Source of the DNA: an uncultured Gemmatimonadales bacterium
GTDB lineage: Bacteria; Gemmatimonadota; Gemmatimonadetes; Gemmatimonadales; GWC2-71-9
DNA length: 64,000 nucleotides
Direction: 5' to 3'
NCBI GenBank assembly: GCA_963810165.1
Contig: CAWEMG010000049.1
Coordinates: forward strand, 11,366-75,365
Shown: piece after piece, positions 40,189 through 49,893 of the stretch
Position numbering within the stretch: position 1 is the stretch's first letter
Layout: each line of letters begins with the position of its first letter
Notes under the pieces: model-generated
The model's database searches: none
What the model was told of the DNA's origin: nothing
Seen by the model: only the letters and a program-made list of their open reading frames with translations
Position numbers and translations under genes: made by a program

Positions 40189-43100
40189 ATGAGAGGGCTA
40201 CGCTACAGCATCGGACTGCTCCTCGCGGCGATGTGGATTGCGCCACTGGCTGCCCAGGAACCCGTCGGCTCGATCCGGGGACACGTGACCGACTCCGCCT
40301 CGAAGCAGCCGCTCCAGGGGGCCGTGGTCAGAGTCGGGGACCGGACTGCCCAGACCCGGGCGGACGGCGGCTATCTCCTCACGGCGGTTCCGGCTGGAAC
40401 CGACACCCTCAGGGTGTCGATGATCGGCTACGCGCCGGCGTCCCGCCTCGTGACCGTGGCCGAGTGACGAGATACTCGACGTGGACGTCGCACTGTCGGG
40501 TCAGGCGGCGCAGCTGGCGGAGCTGGTGGTGGTCGGCTACGGCGAGCAGCGGCAGGGCAACGTCACCGGCGCGGTAACCAACGTGGCTTCCGGGGAGTTC
40601 AACACAGGGCCGCGTGGTCACCCCCACGGAGCTGATCCAGAACAAGGTGGCGGGCGTGCAGGTGGTCGAGAACACCGAGCCGGGTGGGAAGACCTCGGTC
40701 CGGATCCGCGGAGGAACCTCGACCAACGCGAGCAACGAGCCGCTCTATGTCATCGACGGGCAGCCGCTGGGGGCGCCGGCGGCGGGGTCACTTCCGGGCG
40801 GGACCCGCTCAACTTCCTCAACCCCGACGACATCGAAAGCATGACGGTGCTGCGCGACGCCGGGGCCGCGGCCATCTACGGCACCAACGCCGCCAACGGC
40901 GTCATTCTGATCACCACCAAGCGGGGCAAGGCGGGCACAGAAACCCAGCTTCGAGTACACCGGCTCGGCGTCGGCCTCCCAGATCACCCGGCTGCCCTCG
41001 ATGCTCAATGCGGCGCGAGTTCCGCTCCGCGGTGGAGCAGTACGCGCCCACCAAGGTCGGCCAGCTGCAAAACGAGAACACCGACTGGTTCGACGCGATC
41101 GACCGGACCGGCATTCGGCCAGGAGCACAACCTGTCGCTGCGCGGGCGGCGGCGTCGGCGATGGACTATCGCTTCTCCTTCAACTTCCTCGACCAGAACG
41201 GCATCGTCGAGGAGCAACAGCACCCAGCGCATCGGCCTCGGGCGCCAACTACAATCAGCGGCTCGCCAACGACCGGCTCAACCTGCGCTTCAGCCTGCGG
41301 GGCTCGCGCCAGTCGGACAGGTTCACGCCCCTCGGCGTGCTCTCCAACGCGGCGCAGTACGGCCCGACCCAGCCGATCAACGATCCCGACCGCGTCCACC
41401 GGCTACTACAACTGGCCCGACACCGCCTCCACCTCAGCCGACAATCCGGTCGAGATCCTGAATCTCGCGGAGGAGAAGGCCGAGACCTACCGCGCGCGTC
41501 GGCAACATGCACGCCGAGTATCGGCTGCCCGTGGGTCAACGGGCTCCGGGCCAACGCTACCCTCGGCTTCGACGCGAGTGACTCGAAGCGGAGGAACTTC
41601 ACGCCCAGCACCCTTCATCGCGAGCTGGCGACCGGGCGGGGCGGCCAGCAGACCCGGTACAATCCGCAGCAGACCAGCACGGTGCTGGAGACCTACCTGA
41701 ACTACACCACGCCGAAGCCGCTCGGGCCCGGGCTCGCTCGACCTCACCGGCGGCTATTCCTGGAGCCAGACCCACTTCGACTCGGTCTACTACGAGGGGA
41801 ACGGCCTCTCGAGCGACCAGGGCGGCAACGATGAACTGGTCCCGGCGGATACGGCAGACCGAGATCCTCTACGAGCAGCGGAGCAAGCTGATCTCCTTCT
41901 ACGGACGGGCGAACTACAACATCAACGATCGCTATATCTTTTCGGGAACCCTGCGGCACGACGGCTCGTCGCGCTTCGGATCGGAGAACGCCTGGGGCAC
42001 CTTCCCGTCAGTGTCGGTCGCGTGGCGCCTGTCCCAGGAGCCGTTCCTGCGAGGGGTCGAGTGGCTCTCCGACCTCAAGCTCCGGGGCTCCTGGGCCAAG
42101 ACCGGCAACCAGTCCTTCGGGAACTACCTGCAGTACTCCTCCTATCAGCTGAGCGACAATCAGACCACCTACGCGTTCGGCGACACCATCGTCACCACCA
42201 GCCGCCCCAGCGCGGTGGATCCCAACATCAAGTGGGAGCAGACCAAGGCCTTCAACGTCGGCCTCGATTTCGGGTTTGCCGGCGGGCGGATCACCGGGGC
42301 CGATCGACTACTACGACAAGCTGACCGACGACCTGCTCTTCAACGTGCCGGTGGCGGCGTTCACCAACCTGTCGAACTTCGTCACCACCAACATCGGCAG
42401 CATGCGGAACTACGGCATCGAGATGAGCCTCGGCGCTCCGGCTGCTGCAACCCAGCGAGCGAGCGGGCCTCACCTGGCAGGCCGACTTCACGGCCGCCCA
42501 CAACACCAACAACCTGCGGACCATCACCCCGTTCGGCGGGCGACGCCTTGAAGATTCTCAGTGGCGACGTCTCCGGCGGCGTGGGAACCAAGATCCAGGT
42601 CCTTGCAGCCGGGCGTGCCGGTGAACTCGTTCTACGTCTACGAGCACATCCGGGAGAACGGGAAGCCGATCTACCGGGACGTGAATGGGGGGCGGGTCGA
42701 CGGCCTCGCCCGACGGCACCATCAACGAGCAGGACCTGTACGTGGATCAGAATGGCGACGGGATCATCAACCAGGGCGATCTCCGGCCCTTCCACGACCC
42801 GGCCCCGAAATGGATTCTGGGCCACTCGTCCTACCTCACCTGGGGCAGCTTCGATCTCGGCTTCACCCTGCGGTCGTACATGGGCAACTACATCTACAAC
42901 AACGTGGCATCGGCCAACGGCAACTATCGCGAGCTCACCGCCGGAAACTCGCCCTACAACCTGCACAACTCGGTGCTGGAGACCGGGTTCGCGACCCAGC
43001 AGCTGCAGTCGGATGTCTACGTGGAGGACGCCTCTTTCCTGCGGATGGACAACATCACGCTGGGCTACACCTTCAATCTGGGCGGCCAGTCGGCCCGGGC

Positions 43101-43269
43101 GTTCGGAACGCGTGCAGAACCTGTTCACGGTCACCGGCTACAGCGGCGTGGATCCGAGCGCGAACATCACGCCGCTCAACCCCTCGCAGACCTCACCGTG
43201 AACGGCATCGACAACAATATCTATCCCCGGTCGCGGACGTTCAGCGCCGGCATCAGCTTCAGGCTATAA
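40189..43269 (+). pseudogene. susC: SusC/RagA-family TonB-dependent outer-membrane receptor, about 21 frame changes
   Basis: MRGLRYSIGLLLAAMWIAPLAAQ signal; carboxypeptidase-regulatory-like domain (GSIRGHVTD...GGYLLTAVPAG); plug (VVVGYGEQRQGNVTGAV...LIQNKVAGVQV...IRIRGGTS...PLYVIDG...DIESMTVLRDAGAAAIYG..AANGVILITTKRGK); barrel; C-terminal ...NIYPRSRTFSAGISFRL*. The family-like reading alternates between all three frames (my trace). Confidence 0.9.
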
Positions 43270-43311
43270 GCCATGACCACGGACGCAATCACCCCGAGAA
43301 GGGACCGAGCC

Positions 43312-44898
43312 ATGAACCGCAATCCGCGTCGTGCGCTTATCGCCGCCACGCTCCTGATGCTGGGGGCCGGCGGCTGCACCGACACGACCGAAGCTGCCGA
43401 TCAGCACGATCAGCGACGCCAATTACTTCAACGACCCCAGCTCCTACCGGGCGTTGCTCGCCAAGATCTACGCCGGCCTGGCCGTCAGCGGGCAGCGGGG
43501 ACCGGCCGGGAACGGGGACATTCAGGGCATCGACGAGGGATTCTCCCAGTACCTCCGTCTCTATTGGGAGGCGGAGGAGCTGCCGACCGACGAGGCGGTG
43601 ATCGCCTGGGGCGACCCGGGGCTGCCCGGAGATGAATACCCAGCTCTGGGCCTCGGCCAACCCGTTCGTCGTCGCCATGTACTACCGGGTGGCCTTCCAG
43701 GTCAGCCTGGCGAACGAATTCCTGCGGCAAGACCACCGCCGGACACGCTGGCGCAGCGGAACGTCTCGCCCGAGCTCACGGCCGACATTCAGATCTGGCG
43801 CGCCGAGGCCCGGTTCCTCCGGGCGCTCAGCTACTGGCACGGCATCGATCTGTTCGGCAACATCCCGCTGGTGACGGAGGCCGACCCGATCGGCTTCACC
43901 CCGCCGCTGCAGAGCACCCGCCAGGCGATCTTCGATTTCCTGGTGAGCGAGCTGACCGCCATGCAGGCCGACCTGCCGGCCGCGACCGGCAGCGGGACCT
44001 ATGGCCGGGCCACCAAGGAAGCCGCGGCGCCATGCTGCTGGCCAAGCTCTACCTGAATGCGGAGGTCTACACCGGCACGCCGCATGTATGCCCAGGCCCT
44101 GGCCGCGGTGCAGCAGGTGATCGCGGGCCCGTTCACGCTGGACCCCAGCTATCGTCACCTGTTCCAGGCGGACAACAACACGTCGCCGGAGATCATCTTC
44201 CCGATCATCCAGGACGGCCTCCGTACCCAGACCTTCGGTGGCACCACCTTCCTGGTCCACGCGTCCTGCGGCGGCACCATGCCGGCCGGCGAACTACGGC
44301 GTTGACGGCTGCTGGTTCGGTCTGCGGCTCAAGCCGGAGGCCTACAACCGGTATCGACCCGGCCGATCCGCGCAGGTCGTTCTTCTGGACCGATCAGCAG
44401 ACGCGTCCAGATCGGCAACCATCAGCAACTTCAGCGAGGGCATCCCGGCGCCCAAGTTCGTCAACGTGACCAGCGCGGGGGCGCAGGGCTCCAACGCGGT
44501 TCATCCTGACACCGACTTCCCGATGTTCCGGCTGGGCGACGCGTATCTCATCTACGCCGAGGCCCACCTCAGGGGCGGCGGCGGCGACCCGGCGCAGGCG
44601 CTGGCCTACGTGAACGCCCTTCGGCAGCGCGCGTACGGCGAACACCAGCGGCGACATCCCGGACGCCGACGCTCACGCTGCAGCTTCGTCCTGGACGAGC
44701 GGGCCGCGAGCTGCTGTGGGAGGCCCACCGCCGGACCGACCTGGTTCGCTACGGCCAGTTCACCGGCGGGACCTAGTCTGGGCATGGAAGGGCGGCGCGC
44801 CGGCCGGCACGGCGACCGAGTCGTTCCGGGATCTGTATCCGCTCCCCGCATCCGAGCTCACCACCAACCCCAACCTGGTGCAGAATCCCGGTTACTGA
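43312..44898 (+). pseudogene. susD: SusD/RagB-family nutrient-binding outer-membrane lipoprotein, many frame breaks
   Basis: MNRNPRRALIAATLLMLGAGGC lipobox. LLAKIYAGLAVSGQ...QYLRLYWEAEELPTDEAV..WGD, RAEARFLRALSYWHGIDLFGNIPLV, AKLYLNAEVYTG, PMFRLGDAYLIYAEA, ELLWE..RRTDLVRYGQF, LYPLPASELTTNPNLVQNPGY*. Spread over three frames. Confidence 0.88.
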
Positions 44899-44954
44899 GC
44901 TCTTCGCTTAGCGAGTCGGCCACAGCGTCGTCGCCGATGGCGGCGGCGCTGCGT

Positions 44955-45036
44955 GCAAAGCGGAACGGCGGAAAGGCGGAAGATCAAGCGCGGTGTCATC
45001 CTTCCGCGATCCGTCCCTCCGCTCGCCGCCTCCGTG
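44955..45036. repeat. GGCGGAAN-octamer imperfect inverted arms
   Basis: GCAAAGCGGAACGGCGGAAAGGCGGAAGATC ... ATCCTTCCGCGATCCGTCCCTCCGCTCGCCGCCTCCGTG. It lies between the susD stop and the GH13 start and is followed by AAACTAGGAGCGAT (RBS module shared with element A). Confidence 0.6.
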
Positions 45037-45059
45037 TGACCGAAACTAGGAGCGATCAC

Positions 45060-46414
45060 ATGCTGAATCGTCTGGCCTGTGCATTCATAGCAATGTCCCT
45101 CACAGCGGCACGGCGCGCGTTCGGGCCAAGCCCCTGCCCTGCCCGACACATCCTGGGTCGCGCGGAGCGCCCTCTACGAGGTGTTCGTCCAGGACTTCTC
45201 GCCCTCGGGCAACTTCCGTGGCCTCATCGATGGGCTGCGATCGCATTCAGGCGTCCGGGGCCAACGTGCTGTGGCTGATGCCGATCTACCCGATCGGCAC
45301 GCTCAACCGGAAGGGAACGCTGGGGTCGCCATATGCGGTGAGAGACTACCGCGCGCATCAACCCCGCGTACGGCAATGCCGCGGACTTCCGGGCGCTGGT
45401 GGAGGCGGTGCATGCGGCGCGGGATGAAGCTCATCCTCGACTGGGTGCCGAACCACACCGCTCCCGACCATGCCTGGGTCAAGCAGCACCCCGACTACTA
45501 CGTCCGGAACGAGCGCGGCGAGCCGAGCGTGCCACGGGATGAGAAGGGAAAGCTGACCGACTGGACCGACGTCGCGCAGCTGGACTACAAGAATCCCGCG
45601 GTCCGGCGCGAGATGATCGCCACCATGCAGCACTGGCTGAAGGAGTTCGGGATCGACGGCTTCCGGGTCGACGTCGCCGGCTTCATCCCGATCGACTTCT
45701 GGCGCGAGGCGGTACCCAAGCATCCGCGCCGCGGTGCCCCGGCGGATCATGCTGCTGGCCGAATGGGGCGACCTGGAGATGCACCGGGCCGGCTTCGACC
45801 TGACCTACGCCTGGGACTCCTACGACCGGCTCAAGGCAGTGTGGCAGGGAGCGCCGGCATCGAGCTTCGTCCAGGGCGAGCTGCCGGACATGAAGGCCAT
45901 GCCCCCGGGCGGGATGCGCATGCGCTTCAGCACCAACCACGACAAGACGGCCTGGGAGGATCCTCCGGTGAAGATCTTCGGTCCCGCAGCCGGAGCGCGG
46001 GCGGCCTTCGTCGCCGTGGCGCTGCTGCCGGGCCGGCCCCTGCTCTACAACGGGCAGGAGGTCGAGAGCCCGCAGAAGCTGCGGCCTGTTCGAGCGCGAC
46101 CCCATCCGGTGGAATCAGCCGCAGGCGAGCCGAGGCCCGAGCATTTTACGCCAAAGTTATCGGGCTGGCGCGGACCGAGCCCTCGCTGCTCGTCGCCGGA
46201 CCTCCGGCCGATCGAGACCAGCGCCCCCAAGGACGTGATCGCGTATCGCCGGGGCGATCTGGTCGTGCTGGTGAACGCCAGGCCACGCGCGGTGAGCTTC
46301 ACCGTGACCGGCTTCGACGTGGATGGCGCGCGTGACCTCCTGTCGAAGAACACGCAACGTGGCGACACCATCTCGCTGCCGGCACATGGGCCGCTGGTCC
46401 TGAAGAAGCCCTAG
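45060..46414 (+). pseudogene. GH13 alpha-amylase-family glycosidase, about 5-6 frame breaks
   Basis: AGGAG lies 7 nt before ATG 45060, with signal-like MLNRLACAFIAMSLTAA. GH13 regions I DWVPNHT, II GFRVDVAGF, III LLAEW, IV FSTNHD, distributed over three frames. Confidence 0.85.
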
Positions 46415-46430
46415 ATCAGTTCCGCGTACG

Positions 46431-46605
46431 ACAAAGCAACTGCGCACCACGGAAGCACGGAAGACACGGAAAAAACACGGAAGAAACAGCATGTTTGCCG
46501 CACCAAAGCTTGGCGCCACAAGTCGTCAGAAAACTATAGGAGCGATGTTGATTCTTCCGTGCAGCTTCCGTGTTTTCCGTGTTTCCGTGGTGGGCCTTTG
46601 TTTTC
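46431..46605. repeat. CACGGAAG-octamer inverted-repeat element, copy A (~175 bp)
   Basis: Left arm ACAAAGCAACTGCGCACCACGGAAGCACGGAAGACACGGAAAAAACACGGAAGAAAC. Right arm GATTCTTCCGTGCAGCTTCCGTGTTTTCCGTGTTTCCGTGGTGGGCCTTTGTTTTC. The ~65-nt loop contains AAACTATAGGAGCGATG. Confidence 0.85.
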
Positions 46606-49034
46606 TCATCACGGCAGCGCCGGCCACCGCGCAGCGGCAGCGCCTCTCCATGGACCCGGGCTGGCGTTTTACGCTTGGCGATCCCGCCGGAGCCGAGCAG
46701 GCCGTCGTTCGATGATCGCCGTTGGCGCTCGCTGGACCTGCCGCATGACTGGAGCATCGAGGGGACTCCGCGGGAAGATGCGCCCGGCGGGGGCCGGGTG
46801 GGCTACTTCCCTGCCGGCATCGGCTGGTACCGCAAGACCTTTCGGTTGCCGTCGGGTGCGCGTGATCGCGACGCGTGGCTCGAGTTCGACGGCGTGTACA
46901 TGAACAGCGACGTCTGGATCAACGGCGTCCACCTCGGCAACCGGCCGTACGGGTACATCAGCTTCGCCTACGACATCACCCGGCACCTGGTGCCGGGCGT
47001 GAACGTGATCGCGGTGCGGGTGGACAACGCGCAGGCAACCCAACTCCCGGTGGTACACCGGCAGCGGCATCTACCGGCACGTCTGGCTGACCCTGGTGGA
47101 CCGGTTGCACGTCGGCCACTGGGGCACCTATGTGACCACACCACGCGTCGATTCCGCCGGGGCCGAGGTGGTGGTCCGTACCCGGGTCGAGAATGGCCAC
47201 CCCAAGGCCCGGAACGGGGTGCTTCGCTCGGTAGTGATGGACAGCGGCGGCCGGGAGGTCGCACGGGCAGACACCTCCTTCACCCTGGCCGCCGGCGCCA
47301 AGATGGAGCTGGAGCAACGCCTCCGGGTCGCATCGCCCGCGGCTGTGGTCGGTGGAGTCACCGACGCTGTATCAGCTCCACTCGGTCGTGCGGGACGGCA
47401 AGCGCGCAGCCGACCGGGCTATCACGACGTTCGGCATTCGCACATCGAGTACCACAAGGATCGCGGCTTTCTGCTCAACGGCCGACAGGTCAAGATGCGG
47501 GGCGTGAACCTGCACCACGAAGCCGGCGGCCTCGGCGCCGCGGTCCCGGAGCAGGTCTGGCGCCGCCGGCTCCAGATCCTGAAGGCGATGGGGGCCAACG
47601 CCATCCGCACCGCCCACAATCCACCTGCGGCTGAGTTCCTCGATCTGTGCGACAGCTGGGCTTCCTGGTCATGGCGGAGGCGTTCGACGAGTGGACCGTC
47701 CCCAAGGTACCGGAGGGATATCACAAGTAGTTCGCCGAGTGGGCCGAGCGAGACGTCACCGATTTCGTCCGGCGGGACCGGAATCACCCTTCGATCGTGC
47801 TGTGGAGCGCGGGCAACGAGATCGGCGAGCAGAGCATGCCCGGCGGAGACCGGGTGCTCCGCCGCCTCGTCGATCATCTTCCACCGTGAGGATCCCACCC
47901 GGCCGGTGACCACCGGCAACGACAAGATCGCCGCCGATAGCACTCCCGCCACGCTCGCGTTCCTCAATGCCCTGGACATCGTGGGCTACAACTACGTGGA
48001 TCGCTGGCACGAGCGCCGGGAGATCTTCGCCACCGAGGACCGGCACCAGCACCCGGAGTGGAAGATGATCGGCACCGAGAGCGGCACCATCTTCCAGTCC
48101 TTCGACGAGCGCTATTCGCTGGGGCCGGATTCGTCGGTCGTCCGTCCCAACTACACTCATGGCATGCTCCAGGCGGAGCGGCTCTGGAAGTGGATCACGC
48201 TGAACGACTACTTTGCCGGCAACTTCATGTGGACCGGGATCGATTACCTCGGCGAGAGCACCTGGCCCTTCAAGGGCTTCCCCTCGGGTGCCATGGACAT
48301 CACCGGCGCTCCCAAGGACATCTACTACCTCTATCAGAGCCTGTGGACCGATCAGCCGGTGCTGCGCCTCTTCCCCCACTGGAACTGGCCCGCCGCACCG
48401 GCCAGGTGATCCCGGTGCTGGCCTACACCAACTGCAACATCGTGGAGCTGTTTCTCAACGGCCGCTCCCTGGGCGAGAAGCGGCTGGAGTTCCCGGCCCA
48501 GGGCACATCCGGCGGCTGGAACAGCTACGCCCAACCACTGGTCAATCCGACCACCACCGACCTGCACCTGAGCTGGGACGTGCCCTATGAGCCGGGCGTG
48601 CTCCGGGCGGTGGGCAAGCGCCGCGACGGAACGGTCGGCATGCCAGGCGGAGACCCGAACAGCTGGCCCGGCGGCGGCCATCCGGCTTGTCCGCGGACCG
48701 GGATACCATCACCACCGGTTCGGGTGACGTCGCGCACGTGACGTTCGAAATCGTGGACTCGGCCGGCACCGTGGTCCCCACCGCGGACAACTCTCGTGAC
48801 CATCACGGCGGCAGGTGGCACCGCCTCTGGTGGTGGACAACGCCGACCTGCTCGACCTCGCTCCATACCGGCCCGACCGCCGGCGTGCGTTCAACGGCCG
48901 AGGGCTGGCGATTCGTGCGAGCCGAGAAGCCGGGTGTGCTACGGGTGAGCGCGAGCGCGGATCGGTTGAGCCCGGCGACCGTGACCGTGCAAGTGGTGCG
49001 AGGTCCGCGGCAATCTGACGCGGGCCGGAGGTGA
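46545..49034 (+). pseudogene. GH2-family glycosidase (beta-galactosidase-like), about 8 frame breaks plus an in-frame TAG at 47728-47730
   Basis: [149 protein letters not shown]. The signal peptide MLILPCSFRVFRVSVVGLCFLITAAPATAQ is encoded by the right arm of element A. Confidence 0.85.
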
Positions 49035-49067
49035 ACCGGAAGCTAACTGCCACGCTACGGCTAGGCT

Positions 49068-49086
49068 CACACGGAGACACGGAGAG
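49068..49086. repeat. Solo CACGGAGA arm fragment
   Basis: CACACGGAGACACGGAGAG, in the same orientation as the left arm of element B. It lies in the convergent spacer after the GH2 stop. Confidence 0.5.
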
Positions 49087-49140
49087 CTGCTGAGGCTGCA
49101 AGGGTTCAGAGGCTGAGCCACAGCATCCCGAGTCGTCTAT

Positions 49141-49678
49141 TCATACTGTCTGGGCCCCGTATCGCCGCGTCACCTGAGCAGAATAAAGGGCGACTTGGTC
49201 GATCTGATGGCCGGTTTCCGTGCAACGACTTCGTGCCCTAGTGGCAGCCGTGCTCGGAACGTAGGCGCTGAAGACGTTGCGTGCCGTTGACCGCGAGAAT
49301 GCGGCGCGCCGTCGACTTCCGGCAGGGAGAGCGAGCTTCGACGGCGGCTGCTCCCGCAGAAACGTGACGATGCGTTTCGCGGCCGGCGGGAGACGGAAGG
49401 CACGGTATGGATCGGACGCCAGCATCTCCCGCAGATGCAGTCGACCGGTCGCACGATCGTGAGGAAAGTTCCGGCCGAGCTCCTGCGGTCATGGCGGCCT
49501 CGGCCTTCCGCTGGAGGGCCGTTTCGGAGTGCGGCGCGAGCCGTGAAGACCAGATTGCCGCTCGAGAGGAGCGTTCTGCACGTCGGTGAACCCGGCCGCC
49601 TCGAACGCCTTTTTCAGATCTGGCATCTTCGCGTTCATCGGGCATGACCCCGCGGAGAAAGGCGGCATACGTGGGCAT
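49141..49678 (-). pseudogene. DUF1697 domain protein, about 3 frame breaks
   Basis: MPTYAAFLRGV / NAKMPDLKKAFEAAGFTDVQ / TLLSSGNLVFTA / MLASDPYRAFRLPPAAKRIVTFLRE lie in three frames. The order matches DUF1697 (M..Y..LLRG.N..G...MA.L...F...GF..V.T...SGN..F). Confidence 0.55.
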
Positions 49679-49691
49679 CGCGGAAAGATAC

Positions 49692-49893
49692 AACCGCAAC
49701 TGCGCACCACGGAGACACGGAGAAAGACGGAGCCCGCACGGAGACTGCACGAGATCTCTCCGTGGTAATTCTTTGATGTCTTGTGGGGGTGGGGGTGGGG
49801 CACCTTTTTGGCGAACGAAGATACTAGAGGTACTACTCTGACAAATCCGTGCCATCTCCGTGTCCTCCGTGTCTCCGTGGTGAGCTTTTGCGG
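49692..49893. repeat. CACGGAGA-octamer inverted-repeat element, copy B (~200 bp)
   Basis: Left arm CGCAACTGCGCACCACGGAGACACGGAGAAAGACGGAGCCCGCACGGAGAC. Right arm AATCCGTGCCATCTCCGTGTCCTCCGTGTCTCCGTGGTGAGCTTTTGCGG. The loop contains GTGGGGGTGGGGGTGGGG and ACTAGAGGTACT. Confidence 0.85.

Noticed and set aside
49786-49803. G-quadruplex in the loop of element B (GTGGGGGTGGGGGTGGGG)
   Set aside because: Only three G-runs are present, and a canonical intramolecular G4 needs four. Noted as a feature of the loop only.
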